DNA of 64,000 bases from Chitinophagales bacterium (GCA_039810885.1 JBDHXV010000009.1:129-64128); one strand, 5' to 3'. Shown: positions 11,678 through 23,530, counted from the first letter of the stretch. Notes: generated by a model from the letters alone, not told the origin. Translations and numbers: made by a program.

Positions 11678-11722
11678 TTCAGCATCTTTATTTATTTTAG
11701 TTGTATTTTCAACCCCATACTT

Positions 11723-12190
11723 ATGGATTGGTTTATCGTTATCAGCCTGATTACACTCGGATGGATCCTACTTTTCCTTGAAATATTCATTATTCCGGGA
11801 ATCACCGTGCTTGCAGTTATTGGGGTGATTATGATGCTTAGCGGCCTTTACTTCTCATTTTATCATTTCGGAAGCACAACAGGTTGGATTACTACAGCAA
11901 TAACGATTACAGTTTCATTACTCAGTTTATTTGCTGCAATGCGCATAGGCTTTTGGAAAAGACTAAGCCTTTCTGATACCAATACCGCACGAATGAATGA
12001 AGACGATTTGATGCATGTCAAAGAGGGAGATGAGATACGGGCAGTATCGCGGATTGCACCAAGCGGTAAAGCTCAGGCGGGAGATGAAATCGTTGAAGTT
12101 CATTCCATGAGTGGTTATATTGAAGAAAATACTAAACTTGAAGTTGTTAAAATTTCAATGAATAAAATATTTGTAAAGCCTAAAACTTAA
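11723..12190 (+). CDS. NfeD family membrane protein
   Basis: 155 aa. Three N-terminal transmembrane (TM) helices plus a C-terminal OB-like domain. Lies immediately upstream of a flotillin-like gene, the classic NfeD-SPFH pairing. Confidence 0.8.
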   Translation: MDWFIVISLITLGWILLFLEIFIIPGITVLAVIGVIMMLSGLYFSFYHFGSTTGWITTAITITVSLLSLFAAMRIGFWKRLSLSDTNTARMNEDDLMHVKEGDEIRAVSRIAPSGKAQAGDEIVEVHSMSGYIEENTKLEVVKISMNKIFVKPKT

Positions 12191-12203
12191 AATCTGTAAA
12201 ACT

Positions 12204-13181
12204 ATGGAGCCTATTTTCCTCATTCTTTCTGCCGTCGGCATTATTGTCGGTTTATTTCTATTCTTTTATATCATTCCGCTTAATCTATGGATTACTGCAG
12301 TCTTTAGTGGTGTTAGAATTAGTATTGCCCAGTTAATTTTCATGCGCATTCGTAAGGTGCCGCCGTCGCTTGTAGTTAATGCAATGATTAACTCGACTAA
12401 GGCAGGTTTAAAAGTAACTTCTAATGAAATTGAGACACACTACCTCGCAGGAGGGAATGTAAATGCGGTTATTCGTGCGATGATATCAGCCGATAAGGCT
12501 AATATTCCATTAGATTGGAAAATGAGCACAGCAATAAACCTTGCAGGTCGTGATGTATTCGAGGCCGTGCAAATGAGTGTAAACCCGAAGGTTATTGATA
12601 CCCCTCCGGTATCTGCAGTTGCCAAAGACGGTATTCAGTTAGTTTGTCGTGCTCGTGTTACTGTGCGCACCAATATTACCAAGCTTGTAGGCGGTGCCGG
12701 AGAAGAGACGGTTTTAGCCCGTGTAGGTGAAGGTATTGTAAGTTCAATCGGTTCTGCACAATCGCATAAAGACGTATTAGAGAATCCGGATTCTATTTCA
12801 AAGGTCGTTTTAGCTAAAGGTTTAGACGCAGGTACAGCTTTTGAAATTTTATCCATTGATATTGCTGATATTGACGTAGGTAAAAATATCGGTGCCCAAT
12901 TGCAGATGGATCAAGCAAACGCCGACAAGAATATTGCACAAGCAAAAGCAGAAGAACGCCGGGCCATGGCGGTTGCACAGGAGCAAGAGATGAAAGCAAA
13001 AGCACAAGAAGCCCGAGCCAAAGTGATAGAAGCAGAAGCTCAAATTCCATTGGCTATGGCTGAATCCTTCCGCAGTGGCAATCTAGGTATAATGGATTAC
13101 TATAGAATGAAAAATATTCAAGCAGACACTTCGATGCGCGATGCTCTGGGAGGTAATCCTAATGCTCCACGCAAAGACTAA
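12204..13181 (+). CDS. floA: Flotillin-like protein FloA (UPF0365/SPFH)
   Basis: 325 aa. N-terminal TM helix, SPFH core and an Ala/Glu/Gln-rich coiled-coil tail ([27 protein letters not shown]). Confidence 0.85.
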   Translation: MEPIFLILSAVGIIVGLFLFFYIIPLNLWITAVFSGVRISIAQLIFMRIRKVPPSLVVNAMINSTKAGLKVTSNEIETHYLAGGNVNAVIRAMISADKANIPLDWKMSTAINLAGRDVFEAVQMSVNPKVIDTPPVSAVAKDGIQLVCRARVTVRTNITKLVGGAGEETVLARVGEGIVSSIGSAQSHKDVLENPDSISKVVLAKGLDAGTAFEILSIDIADIDVGKNIGAQLQMDQANADKNIAQAKAEERRAMAVAQEQEMKAKAQEARAKVIEAEAQIPLAMAESFRSGNLGIMDYYRMKNIQADTSMRDALGGNPNAPRKD

Positions 13182-13327
13182 ATGATCAACGGCATGAAGA
13201 ACACTTGTTGGTTGTAGTTTTGCTAATTAATGAGTTCTTTAATGATAGTAAATTACTTTAATACAATATGTGAACAGAGTAGAACAACTAAGAAGTTCAC
13301 CTCATCTATTAACAGCGTATTACAGCC

Positions 13328-14197
13328 GTGAAGGCACTCGGTTACTATATTTCCCTTCCGTTTATTTATTTGCTGGCGGCGTTACCGTTTCCGCTGCTGT
13401 ATGGGCTTAGTGATGCGTTGTATATTTTACTCTTCTATATAGTAGGATATAGAAAAGAGGTAACATTGACAAATCTCAGGAATGCATTTCCCGAAAAGAA
13501 TGATAAAGAAATAAACCACATTGCCCGCAAATACTATCGGCATTTAACAGATACAATTTTAGAAACGTTCAAGTTATTGGGAATGCGTCGTAGTGAAGTA
13601 TTGAAGCGATGTCGTATCAATAATTATGAAGTTTATTTTGATCTCCTTTCGCAACAACGAAGCATTATTTGTGCATTAGGTCACCAAGGAAACTGGGAAT
13701 GGTTGGGTGCTGCAACATCTGCAAAAGGAGATAGTGTTGTGCAGGTAATATATAAACCATTGCAGAATTCCTACTTTGATAAACTTGTGAAAAAGATTCG
13801 ATCTAAGTTTGGTGCTATACCCGTTTCATCGCGCGATATCTTACGCCGTATGATAGAAATGCGCGGCACGCTTACCGCTACGGCATTTCTTGCTGACCAG
13901 ACGCCATCACCTGAAGGAGCATATTGGTTACGATTTTTAAATCAGGATACCCCTGTTTTTATTGGAGTAGAAAAGCTTGCTCGCAAGTTTAATTATCCTG
14001 TTGTGTTTGGCGCTATGCGTAAAATAAAACGAGGCTTCTATGAAGTAGATGTCATTAAACTATGTGATGAACCTGCCGAAACAGAGCAAGGTTATATTAC
14101 AGAACTTCATACTCGGCTATTGGAAGAACATATAAAAATGCAGCCTGAAACATGGCTTTGGAGTCATCGTCGCTGGAAACATCAACGACCACATTAA
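13328..14197 (+). CDS. Lysophospholipid / lipid A (LpxL-HtrB-like) acyltransferase
   Basis: 289 aa with a GTG start. N-terminal TM helix, HQGNWE (HX4D-like) acyltransferase motif, C-terminal W.W.HRRWK typical of the lauroyl acyltransferase family. Confidence 0.7.
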   Translation: MKALGYYISLPFIYLLAALPFPLLYGLSDALYILLFYIVGYRKEVTLTNLRNAFPEKNDKEINHIARKYYRHLTDTILETFKLLGMRRSEVLKRCRINNYEVYFDLLSQQRSIICALGHQGNWEWLGAATSAKGDSVVQVIYKPLQNSYFDKLVKKIRSKFGAIPVSSRDILRRMIEMRGTLTATAFLADQTPSPEGAYWLRFLNQDTPVFIGVEKLARKFNYPVVFGAMRKIKRGFYEVDVIKLCDEPAETEQGYITELHTRLLEEHIKMQPETWLWSHRRWKHQRPH

Positions 14198-14213
14198 AGT
14201 TAAACCTGTAATT

Positions 14214-14693
14214 ATGAAGTACCAAAGAATATTAATTCTGTTTTTTACACTGCTTACGTTCGCCTGCAACTCTTTAACACGGCACAATGATTCGCTTGAA
14301 AAGACTACATCGTTTGGCGATGACTTCAATGATTCAACAGTAACATTGGTCAATATGGACTCGTTGCTTCATAACAAACCGGAGGCCCGCCCGATGGATG
14401 CTGTCTTTACCGGAAGAGTTACATCAATTTGTAAATCGCGAGGCTGCTGGATTAAACTTGATGCGGGCAATGGGAAAGAGGTATTTGTGGATACCAACGA
14501 ATCATTTACGATGCCTCAGTCTATTGTTGGAAAAAATGTAACAGTAAGTGGCTATGCCTTTATGGATACAACCGATATACAGGCATTAAGACAATATGCT
14601 AAGGAAGAAGGTAAGAGCAAAGAGGATATAGAAAAAATAAATGAACCACTCATTGAAGTAAGTATTAAGGCAACCGGTATTAAAATTAAGTAA
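14214..14693 (+). CDS. DUF4920 domain-containing lipoprotein
   Basis: 159 aa. Signal/lipobox-like N-terminus (LLTFAC). Has the G.V..IC...GCW motif I associate with DUF4920. Confidence 0.55.
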   Translation: MKYQRILILFFTLLTFACNSLTRHNDSLEKTTSFGDDFNDSTVTLVNMDSLLHNKPEARPMDAVFTGRVTSICKSRGCWIKLDAGNGKEVFVDTNESFTMPQSIVGKNVTVSGYAFMDTTDIQALRQYAKEEGKSKEDIEKINEPLIEVSIKATGIKIK

Positions 14694-14694
14694 C

Positions 14695-17496
14695 TTATTT
14701 CTGTACCTTGTAAGAACGAATATTATAGGTGAAGATCAACATAAAGTATTGTGTCATTACATTACTGCGAGTGTCTTCATAATAATTATCGCTTACATTC
14801 CGAGAGATACTTCTGTTTTGATGTAATAAATCAAAAGCATATAACCTCAAATCGGCGTGTTTATCTTTCATAAACTTATAACCAATTGCTGCGTTCCAGA
14901 TTATGAAACGGGTGTTGTATGCAGTACTTAATCCGTTAATAAATTGATGCTGCACATCCGATTGTAATACCAATCCTTTCCAAGGCATTAGGTTCAGAAG
15001 AAGTTTGCTCGTCTGTGTATAATAAGTTGAGTTGAACAGCGATTGTAAGTTATTTACTATGTAAACCACACCGGTATTTGATGAAACAGTATAATCAATC
15101 TTTTCAGAAATATTACTACTAATAGTTAGTCCGCCATTAAACGTGCGATTTTCCGTGCGATTTAATTTATTGTTCGTTCTACCCGGAACGTTGGAATACA
15201 TTCCTCGCAAATTAAAATTGAGTTTCAATTTCAACTTACGTAACGGTACGCTATAGCTTGTAAAAAAACGACCAGAGTATGATGCATTCATGTTTTCAGG
15301 GCTATTGTATTGGGCGCCTTTCGGAAGCAAGATATCTCCGATAAGTATGGTGTCTGTATCAGCAATACGAATGTTGTTCCCGATATAATTAGAAGTATAG
15401 GTACTACCCATCATTAAAAAGAAGGACGTATTCCTATCAGGGTTAGAAGACATATATCTTCCGAATAAAGAATGTTGAAACTCAGGCAATAGTTTCGAAT
15501 TTCCCGAAGCAAGCAAAAGAGGATTGGATACATTTATCGCATTACTTAGTTGGTCAACGCGAGGAGGGTTTGTTTGAGTACGGTAATTAATTCTCAGATT
15601 AGAGTTTTTTGAAAACTTATATTGAAACGCTGCCGATGGTAGTATGCTGTTATATTGATGTTTCTGACTGTTGTCGATAGGAAGAAGTTGATTTGCGCTT
15701 AATGTTGCATACTGATAATTTAAGCCAATACTTAAATTATATTTTTCAACTTGATGGCGATACGCAACAGCTCCACTGTGAGCGTTATAATCATTATAAA
15801 GCCTGGTGCTCAATACGGTATCTATAAGTGAGTTATTAAAAGGGTTAAGAGAACGATCATATATAATACGGCTCTGATAATTTGAATTTAGATTATTCAA
15901 ATAGGAGATAACCAGAAAGTTATTCGTATTCAGTGCTTCTGTATATGTGGCATTGGTACTCAGATTCAGAGATAGCCGGGTAGGGGCAGTATAAAGATGC
16001 AATAATGAAGATTGAGAGGAGTCACTATAATTTAAAATATCGGAGTTCTGTATATTGTTTCCACTGTTTACATTATAGGCAGGTGAAAGATTGATTGAAA
16101 ATGTTCTGCCGCGTTTTTTAAATGAGTGTTTGTATAAAATGGGTAAAGTAAGGTTAAGGGCTTCGAAATCATTCCGAATATCAGACTTATTGGTGCTTAA
16201 CAAAATTTGTTCATTGGGAAAGGTGTTGCTACCCTGTAATTGATTGTTATAGTTATTTATTTGAAAGCTGAAGCGAGGTTGAAGTAGAATGCTGTTCGCT
16301 GAATCCAGTGTTATCTCAACACGCATGGATGCACGATGATTAATATTATTCGTGCGTGTGGTATCATCTTGAAGATAATTTAAACCGGAAGAAAATGAAC
16401 TGATATACTGCCTGTCTAATTGGTTTAACTGAAAATTTCTTGATTGATTGAAAAAATAGGATGCGGTAAGATCTATGTTCTTCCACTTATTTGCATAGTT
16501 TACCCCCCCTGCAAAGGTGCGTGTAACTCCTCCTGTTTGATCTACCATAAAATTAGCTGCGTTGCCCATGTTCCAAGGGCCTCGAGGCATAGCGCCACTA
16601 TTATTGCTTGACTTGCCACCCATTCCGCCCATCATTGATGATCCCGACAATGAGCTAAGATCTTCCATTGAAAAGTTTTGTTCGTTCACATTATTTAATT
16701 GCAACAGAAGGGTAATCCTGCGGTCTTTATTGAAATCATTAATTACGCCGCCTGCCTTATACAATTCATTCGTACCCCCACCGGAATAGATCTTTCCAAA
16801 CTTACTGTTTTTAAAAGAAGGTTTCGTTATGATATTAATAGTTTTTGTAGAGCTACCATCATCAATGCCCGTAAACAAAGACTGATCGCTTTTACGGTCA
16901 AATACCTGAACCATATCAATTAAATCGGCAGGAATATTTTTCAATACGGCATTTGGATCGTTACCGCCTAAAAAGGGCTTGCCATCTACTAACACTTGTT
17001 TTATATCTTCTCCTTGGGCTTGCACTTTCCCATCTTGGGTAGTGATACCGGGCATTTTGTTTAATAACTCATCAGCACCGGCATCGGGATTGGTCTTATA
17101 GCCGTCCGACTTAATTGAGGTAGTGTCTCCTTGTGTTTTAACGGGGTTTACATAGCCTTTTATCTCGGTATTCTGAAGCTGATAAATTTTTTGCTTCATA
17201 GTTAGTCGAAGAAATGTAATTGGCTTATTCGAGGTGGTTATAGTTGTATCAATATCCTGATAACCTGTATATGAAATTTTTAGACGGTAAGATGAAGCAG
17301 GTAAGGAATCAAAACTGAAATATCCCTTTTCATTATTCAATGTGCTCTTGATTAACTGATTCGATGCATTGAATAACCCGATGGAACAACCTATCAGCGG
17401 TTCCATAATTTCATCGGAAATTATTCCACGAATGCTTTGTGCGGACGTAAAAAAAACAAAGAGTGAGCAAGAAATTAACAGAGCAATTTTCTTCAA
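14695..17496 (-). CDS. TonB-dependent-receptor-like outer membrane beta-barrel protein
   Basis: 933 aa. Signal peptide, N-terminal carboxypeptidase-regulatory-like domain, plug-like segment, then a long beta-rich Asn/Ser/Tyr-rich barrel ending in an aromatic-rich C-terminus. Confidence 0.7.
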   Translation of the reverse strand: MKKIALLISCSLFVFFTSAQSIRGIISDEIMEPLIGCSIGLFNASNQLIKSTLNNEKGYFSFDSLPASSYRLKISYTGYQDIDTTITTSNKPITFLRLTMKQKIYQLQNTEIKGYVNPVKTQGDTTSIKSDGYKTNPDAGADELLNKMPGITTQDGKVQAQGEDIKQVLVDGKPFLGGNDPNAVLKNIPADLIDMVQVFDRKSDQSLFTGIDDGSSTKTINIITKPSFKNSKFGKIYSGGGTNELYKAGGVINDFNKDRRITLLLQLNNVNEQNFSMEDLSSLSGSSMMGGMGGKSSNNSGAMPRGPWNMGNAANFMVDQTGGVTRTFAGGVNYANKWKNIDLTASYFFNQSRNFQLNQLDRQYISSFSSGLNYLQDDTTRTNNINHRASMRVEITLDSANSILLQPRFSFQINNYNNQLQGSNTFPNEQILLSTNKSDIRNDFEALNLTLPILYKHSFKKRGRTFSINLSPAYNVNSGNNIQNSDILNYSDSSQSSLLHLYTAPTRLSLNLSTNATYTEALNTNNFLVISYLNNLNSNYQSRIIYDRSLNPFNNSLIDTVLSTRLYNDYNAHSGAVAYRHQVEKYNLSIGLNYQYATLSANQLLPIDNSQKHQYNSILPSAAFQYKFSKNSNLRINYRTQTNPPRVDQLSNAINVSNPLLLASGNSKLLPEFQHSLFGRYMSSNPDRNTSFFLMMGSTYTSNYIGNNIRIADTDTILIGDILLPKGAQYNSPENMNASYSGRFFTSYSVPLRKLKLKLNFNLRGMYSNVPGRTNNKLNRTENRTFNGGLTISSNISEKIDYTVSSNTGVVYIVNNLQSLFNSTYYTQTSKLLLNLMPWKGLVLQSDVQHQFINGLSTAYNTRFIIWNAAIGYKFMKDKHADLRLYAFDLLHQNRSISRNVSDNYYEDTRSNVMTQYFMLIFTYNIRSYKVQK

Positions 17497-17608
17497 AATA
17501 ATTTCTTTTTAAATAAACCTATTTTGCAAATATCCTCTAAGCATTTAATTAATACGTGGATAAACTTCGAATGCAGATTCAAGAGGATGAGTGTAATTTG
17601 GTAGCAAC

Positions 17609-18403
17609 ATGAAACAATATCACGATTTGCTTAACTATATTCTCGACCGGGGAGTTCAAAAGCATGATCGCACTGGAACGGGTACTATCAGCGTGTTTGG
17701 ATATCAAATGCGCTTTAATCTGGAAGAAGGCTTTCCATTACTCACGACAAAGAAGATTCACACAAAATCGATTATTCATGAGCTTCTTTGGTTTCTTAAA
17801 GGCGAAAGCAACATCAAGTATTTAAAAGAAAACGGAGTTAGTATATGGGACGAATGGGCTGATGAAAATGGCGAATTGGGCCCCGTGTATGGCAAGCAAT
17901 GGCGTTCTTGGTCAACACCTGATGGCGGAACGATTGATCAAATTTCACAACTAATTGAACAGATTAAAAAGAATCCTAATTCTCGCCGACTGATTGTTAG
18001 TGCGTGGAATGTAGCGGATATTGATAAGATGAAACTACCTCCTTGTCATACCTTATTTCAATTTTATGTTGCAAATGGTAGGCTAAGTTGTCAATTATAT
18101 CAACGCAGTGCCGATGTATTTTTAGGTGTTCCGTTTAATATCGCATCTTATTCATTATTGACAATGATGATAGCTCAAGTATGCGACTTAAAATATGGTG
18201 ATTTTGTTCATACCCTTGGAGATACCCATATCTATTTAAATCATCTGAGTCAGGTTAAAGAGCAGTTAGGTCGTGATTTTAGAGCTCTACCAACAATGAA
18301 GCTAAACCCATCAATCAAGAATCTATTCGACTTTACCTATGAGGACTTCACACTGGAAAATTATCAGCCGCACCCAGCCATTAAAGCTCCCGTAGCCGTA
18401 TGA
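17609..18403 (+). CDS. thyA: Thymidylate synthase
   Basis: 264 aa. Catalytic LPPCH motif ([13 protein letters not shown]) and C-terminal ...IKAPVAV. Confidence 0.97.
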   Translation: MKQYHDLLNYILDRGVQKHDRTGTGTISVFGYQMRFNLEEGFPLLTTKKIHTKSIIHELLWFLKGESNIKYLKENGVSIWDEWADENGELGPVYGKQWRSWSTPDGGTIDQISQLIEQIKKNPNSRRLIVSAWNVADIDKMKLPPCHTLFQFYVANGRLSCQLYQRSADVFLGVPFNIASYSLLTMMIAQVCDLKYGDFVHTLGDTHIYLNHLSQVKEQLGRDFRALPTMKLNPSIKNLFDFTYEDFTLENYQPHPAIKAPVAV

Positions 18404-18903
18404 TTATTTCCATCGTAGTAGCTGCTGATGAACAAAATGGCATTGGTTCAAAGAATAAATTACCGTGGAGGCTCAGCGCGGACTTAAAACAATTTAAACG
18501 AATTACCTCAGGACATCATATCATTATGGGGCGAAAAACGTTTGAGTCTATAGGTAAAGCATTACCAAACCGAACTAATATTGTTCTCACCACACAACAA
18601 GATTTTAAAGCAGAACAAATTATTACCCGAGCAACGCTTCGCGAGGCAATGGCTTATACGCGCAACGCAAAAGAGCAGGAATGCATGATTATTGGTGGGG
18701 CCGAAATTTTCAGACAGGTGATCAATTTTACGGATAGGATTTATTTAACTCGTGTTCATTCCATTTGTTCTTGTGATGTATTCTTTCCTGAGATGAAAGC
18801 GGATGAATGGAAGAGAATATCAAGCGAGCGATTTAAAGCCGATGACAAAAACGAGTTCGACTATAGTTTTGAAATTTACGAGCGAGTTACGGAAGATAAA
18901 TAA
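18400..18903 (+). CDS. folA: Dihydrofolate reductase
   Basis: 167 aa. Has (I)SIVVA.D.NGIG..N.LPW and the GRKT.ESIG motif. Overlaps the thyA stop by 4 nt, so it is operonic. Confidence 0.93.
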   Translation: MIISIVVAADEQNGIGSKNKLPWRLSADLKQFKRITSGHHIIMGRKTFESIGKALPNRTNIVLTTQQDFKAEQIITRATLREAMAYTRNAKEQECMIIGGAEIFRQVINFTDRIYLTRVHSICSCDVFFPEMKADEWKRISSERFKADDKNEFDYSFEIYERVTEDK

Positions 18904-20293
18904 ATTGGTAGCGACTTCCAATATTTTGCATCAGTATGGGATTACCATTACATTCTAAAAAATAATAACGCAAATTCTTTTTCCAAATATTATTGTGAAG
19001 AGGGTACAATCCTACGAAATTGTTTTTGATCAAATCATAACGACACCATTGCATGGTCTCCGAACTACCGGGTGAAAAACAAACAAAATCCAACTCGTCT
19101 TTAAAACGAAAAAAAAAGTCTTGCTCCTCTCTTAAACGAGCCGGTGTTAAGAGTAATACTACTTCACTCTGCTTGTTTATTTTCCGTATCAATAAAGTGT
19201 ATGTTTTTATAATATCATAGGCATGAGTAAGCCTTGCTCCGGCCACCTCTTCAAGATATTGTCCGGAGGAAACAATGGACATAATCGAGTCTTGAGTCAA
19301 GATGTCGGTTATGAACGAAGAGTTAATTCGCGGTTCGTTATTAGTAAATTGAATTGTAGTTTCTGCTTCTATTGTATTATGGAACAGGTTAAATGTTTTA
19401 TAGAAGAATCGAATCGGATGGATCAGACTGGTGTCAGACACGGGTAGCGCTATGGCGATGATACTGTCATTTAATATTTTCGCATCCGGATATCGAACGA
19501 TGCTATTCTCATCAGTCATTAATCCGGTACTTCTTCTTATTACGTTATTTTCAAAATGTTCTAATAAATAATAATAGTTCGGTTTATGGTCAGTGAGTTC
19601 AGCACCGGCTTCTTTATAACGTTTTGCTAATACGTAATATGCGCCTTGGTTATCAATAAGAGGCTTTATCAGTTGATAGGTATGTATGTCACCGGGCAAG
19701 TTATCTCGCAACGTAAAGTTTATTTTCTCGCTTTTCAGATTAATACTATTCATGGTGAATCTTCTCTGATAATTATCTAATATACCCGACACCGATAGCA
19801 CCCCCAACTGATTCATAGTTGGTGATTGAAAGAGATAAAAGTCGCCATTAAAAATATCATTTGCATCTATTTGAGTGAGTGTAATTGCTTTATCCCGATT
19901 TAGTTTTCCTTGCTCATCGTCAAATGGAACAAGTATGACTTCGATCGTATTCTTTACTTTAATATAGTTAAAGAAAACAAACCATACCCCTTGAGGTGTA
20001 GCTATGGCATCTTTAAAATATAAGGTAACCTTATTATTATCTGGTTGTATCTTAAATGTCCTTTCCTGAGCATTCGGATTGTTGTGTACAACAACGAATA
20101 AATAGTCACACAACGAAAGCCATCGCTCTCGCCCATATATCATCAATAATTTCCTATCGGATGTATTGACTGCTTTTTGAAAAGTTAAGTTTCTTTCGGT
20201 ATTAAATACAGTATGTACTATACTTTGTGATAAGCCAGTAAGCGGCAAAACTATTCCGCACCAAAGAGCAATTAAATAATATAATCTTCTCAT
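18887..20293 (-). CDS. Hypothetical secreted protein
   Basis: 468-aa ORF with a signal peptide. No domain recognised. Confidence 0.5.
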   Translation of the reverse strand: MRRLYYLIALWCGIVLPLTGLSQSIVHTVFNTERNLTFQKAVNTSDRKLLMIYGRERWLSLCDYLFVVVHNNPNAQERTFKIQPDNNKVTLYFKDAIATPQGVWFVFFNYIKVKNTIEVILVPFDDEQGKLNRDKAITLTQIDANDIFNGDFYLFQSPTMNQLGVLSVSGILDNYQRRFTMNSINLKSEKINFTLRDNLPGDIHTYQLIKPLIDNQGAYYVLAKRYKEAGAELTDHKPNYYYLLEHFENNVIRRSTGLMTDENSIVRYPDAKILNDSIIAIALPVSDTSLIHPIRFFYKTFNLFHNTIEAETTIQFTNNEPRINSSFITDILTQDSIMSIVSSGQYLEEVAGARLTHAYDIIKTYTLLIRKINKQSEVVLLLTPARLREEQDFFFRFKDELDFVCFSPGSSETMQWCRYDLIKNNFVGLYPLHNNIWKKNLRYYFLECNGNPILMQNIGSRYQFIYLP

Positions 20294-20353
20294 TAAATCC
20301 GGGATGAAAAATAGAAAATGTTCTGCTATGCAAGGCTTAAATTTGAGGCAGTT

Positions 20354-21412
20354 ATGCTCGAAGCCAAATCAGAGGAAATAAGTGATTTATCTCAATCGCA
20401 AGATGATGAGCTATTTATTCATCATACTTTTATTGTTGATAAAGGCCAACAGCCGCTTCGTATCGATGTATATATAACGAATAAGGTAACAAATGCCACG
20501 CGTAATAAAGTGCAACAAGCTGCAGATGCAGGGATGATTACGGTGAATGATAAACCGGTAAAACAGAATTACAAAGTGAAGCCGGGTGATATCATTAAAA
20601 TATTAATGCCACACCCGAAAGTAAGCTATGATTTAACTCCCGAAAATATTCCCCTTAATATAGTTTTTGAAGACGATGATCTTATTGTGGTAAATAAGCC
20701 TGCGGGAATGGTTGTACACCCTGGAAGCGGAAATTACTCGGGTACATTGGTAAATGCGTTGAGCTATCATTTTCAGCAATTGCCCAACCTTACAGGAAAT
20801 GAAAATCGTCCGGGCCTTGTACATCGTATAGACAAGAATACATCAGGCCTTTTACTAATAGCAAAAACGGAATCAGCCATGAATAAATTGGCTAAACAAT
20901 TCTTTCATCACACGGTTGATCGAAAATATATTGCATTGGTGTGGGGGACATTTGAGCATTCAGAGGGTACCATTATAGGTAATATAGGCCGTCATAAGCG
21001 TTATCGCATGATGATGGATGTCTATCCAGAAGGTGATGAAGGCAAGGAGGCTATTACTCATTTCAAAGTATTGGAAAAATTTACTTATACCAGTTTGATA
21101 GAATGTAAACTTGAAACTGGTCGAACACATCAGATTCGTGCACACATGAAATACATCGGCCATCCGATTTTTAATGATGACACTTACGGAGGCGATCGAA
21201 TAGTAAAAGGAACTGTTTATACTCGATATAAGCAGTTCGTAGAAAATTGCTTCAAGGTGTTGCCGCGACATGCTCTACACGCAGCATCATTAGGATTTGA
21301 GCACCCGGGCAATGGGAAACGTTTCTATTTTGAGGCACCTCTGCCCGAAGATATGGAGCGTGCCGTTACACGGTGGCGAAATTTTACACATCACATACCG
21401 GAGGAACAATGA
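20354..21412 (+). CDS. rluD: RluA/RluD-family 23S rRNA pseudouridine synthase
   Basis: N-terminal S4 domain. Catalytic HRIDKNTSGLLL motif and the TGRTHQIR motif. Start placed at the ATG at 20354; the track's ORF begins at 20318. Confidence 0.9.
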   Translation: MLEAKSEEISDLSQSQDDELFIHHTFIVDKGQQPLRIDVYITNKVTNATRNKVQQAADAGMITVNDKPVKQNYKVKPGDIIKILMPHPKVSYDLTPENIPLNIVFEDDDLIVVNKPAGMVVHPGSGNYSGTLVNALSYHFQQLPNLTGNENRPGLVHRIDKNTSGLLLIAKTESAMNKLAKQFFHHTVDRKYIALVWGTFEHSEGTIIGNIGRHKRYRMMMDVYPEGDEGKEAITHFKVLEKFTYTSLIECKLETGRTHQIRAHMKYIGHPIFNDDTYGGDRIVKGTVYTRYKQFVENCFKVLPRHALHAASLGFEHPGNGKRFYFEAPLPEDMERAVTRWRNFTHHIPEEQ

Positions 21413-21900
21413 TTACGGAGTATCTGGAAATATTAGACCAGGCAAAGCTTCGCAAAAAGGAAATTAAGAAATTTTTTGAGCGGCTGCGTCAATTAAAGCC
21501 ATCCGATTTAGATAGTATTACACATCAACTTCATGACGATGCTTTTGAAAACATCAACTGCTTAAAGTGTGCTAATTGTTGCAGCGGAACAGGCCCATTA
21601 TTAAAAGACAAAGACATTGAGCGGCTTGCGCAGCATCATAATCTAAAGCCCGGTCTGTTCACCGAAAAGTATTTACGAATAGATGAAGACCACGATTATG
21701 TTTTTAAAAAAATGCCCTGCCCCTTCTTACGGACAGATAATTATTGTTCAGTATATGAAGCAAGACCTAATGCTTGCCGAAATTATCCTCACACTGCACA
21801 ACGTGCTATATATCAAAAGTTAACTATCACATATTATAACACATTTATTTGTCCTGCGGTAAGCAAGGTGGTAGAGGGGCTGATGCGCATCTATCATTAA
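21409..21900 (+). CDS. YkgJ-family cysteine-cluster protein (UPF0153)
   Basis: CLKCANCC...C.F......C..Y..RP..CR.YP pattern. Start set to the ATG at 21409, which overlaps the rluD stop (ATGA). Confidence 0.75.
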   Translation: MITEYLEILDQAKLRKKEIKKFFERLRQLKPSDLDSITHQLHDDAFENINCLKCANCCSGTGPLLKDKDIERLAQHHNLKPGLFTEKYLRIDEDHDYVFKKMPCPFLRTDNYCSVYEARPNACRNYPHTAQRAIYQKLTITYYNTFICPAVSKVVEGLMRIYH

Positions 21901-22482
21901 TTACTTTAGCATCCACTCATTTTTCAAACTATTAAGGACAGAAGGTGAGAGTCGAGCCTTCTCATAATAACCCTTTAACATGCGCTGACGTTGTGCCTCG
22001 TATAAACTCACTGCACATGCTACAGATATATTCAAGCTTTGCACCATACCATGCATCGGAATAATAAAATTATCATCACAAAGAGATACTAACTCTTTAC
22101 TGACGCCTTCGCTTTCGTTACCAAAGACCAGAGCTACACTTTCCGTTAAATCTAAATCATATAACGAGTGAGCATCGATAGACAAATGTGTAGCATAAAT
22201 TTTATTATACTTTTTTCGAACTGCTGATATGCATTCATTTATATCGTAATAATAAAAAGGGGTAATCCATTTTTTAGCACTAGATGAACTGCGCTTCCCT
22301 AATTTAGTTTTCCTGACATCTTGAGTATAAAGTACATATACTTCCATAATGCCTATGGCATCAGCGGTTCTAAGTACTGCTGAAATGTTATGAGGGTCCC
22401 AGACATTTTCAAATATTAGAGTTATATCCGGTTGACGATGTTGAAGTACTTTATCAATTATTTTTTCTCGTTCAGGTGTCAT
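21901..22482 (-). CDS. SpoU/TrmH-family RNA 2'-O-methyltransferase
   Basis: SPOUT motifs (NISAVLRTADA, VFGNESEGVS, IPM.G.VQSLN.S.A). The ATG at 22482 is preferred over the track's TTG at 22494. Confidence 0.8.
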   Translation of the reverse strand: MTPEREKIIDKVLQHRQPDITLIFENVWDPHNISAVLRTADAIGIMEVYVLYTQDVRKTKLGKRSSSSAKKWITPFYYYDINECISAVRKKYNKIYATHLSIDAHSLYDLDLTESVALVFGNESEGVSKELVSLCDDNFIIPMHGMVQSLNISVACAVSLYEAQRQRMLKGYYEKARLSPSVLNSLKNEWMLK

Positions 22483-22618
22483 GAGCAGGTGCAATGTTAC
22501 ACGGTAAACATGAATATAAACGTTTGGGGTCGTACCATAAATTAAACAATAATAGAAAGAATTGTGCTTTATAGTTCAATGCTGCTTATGCTGATGAAAG
22601 TAATTTTCCGGCATACTA

Positions 22619-23497
22619 ATGTTTCTCAAGTTATATAAATCTTCTCGAGATTATGTGTTGATTCTTTGTGGAGTGCTTTCGGCAGGCCTTGGCCTTAAAG
22701 GATTTCTGCTACCGAATCAATTTACAGATGGCGGAATTACGGGCATTAGTATTCTTACGTCCATCAGTTCAGGAATACCGATTTCCGTTTTCATCTTCTT
22801 ATTTAACATCCCATTTTTATATTTAGGATACAAGCAATTATCACTTTTGTTTACAATCAAAACCTTCATTGGAATTGCTGCTTTAGCTCTATGCACACAC
22901 TTTCTTCCTTATCCGGTTATTACAAATGATAAATTGTTGATTGCAGTTTTTGGAGGATTCTTTCTGGGTACCGGAATAGGTCTTTCTATGCGTGGTGGGG
23001 GTGTAATTGATGGCACTGAAGTCTTGGCACTTGATCTCAGTCGTCGCACTGCATTATCTATTGGAGAAATTATTCTGTTTATTAATATCTTGATTTTTGG
23101 TGTGGCGGTTTTTGTTTTAGGATTTGAAAAGGCACTTTATTCCATACTTACCTACATTATTGCATCAAAGACGGTGGACTTTATCGTTCACGGCATTGAA
23201 GAATATAAAGGAGTGACCATTATTTCATCAAAGCCCGATGAAATACGGCGCGCCATTATTGATGTTATGGGACGGGGTGTAACCATCTATAAAGGGGAGC
23301 GTGGATATAAGCCGCGCCTGACTAATACTCCCGTTGAAGAATATCAACTGGATATAATCTTTTGTGTGGTTACTCGATTGGAGATTTCAAAACTCAGGAC
23401 CCTTATTGACAAGCTAGACCCGAACGCCTTTATTACCGAGCATACCATTACCGACATTAAAGGCGGTGTGATAAAACGCAGACCATTTAGTATGTAA
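22619..23497 (+). CDS. YitT family membrane protein (DUF2179 C-terminal domain)
   Basis: 292 aa. Five or six TM helices, then a C-terminal soluble domain ending in the ...ITDIKGG pattern. Confidence 0.8.
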   Translation: MFLKLYKSSRDYVLILCGVLSAGLGLKGFLLPNQFTDGGITGISILTSISSGIPISVFIFLFNIPFLYLGYKQLSLLFTIKTFIGIAALALCTHFLPYPVITNDKLLIAVFGGFFLGTGIGLSMRGGGVIDGTEVLALDLSRRTALSIGEIILFINILIFGVAVFVLGFEKALYSILTYIIASKTVDFIVHGIEEYKGVTIISSKPDEIRRAIIDVMGRGVTIYKGERGYKPRLTNTPVEEYQLDIIFCVVTRLEISKLRTLIDKLDPNAFITEHTITDIKGGVIKRRPFSM

Positions 23498-23530
23498 ATG
23501 GTTGTTGCTTGATAGGGCCAATGGAACTTG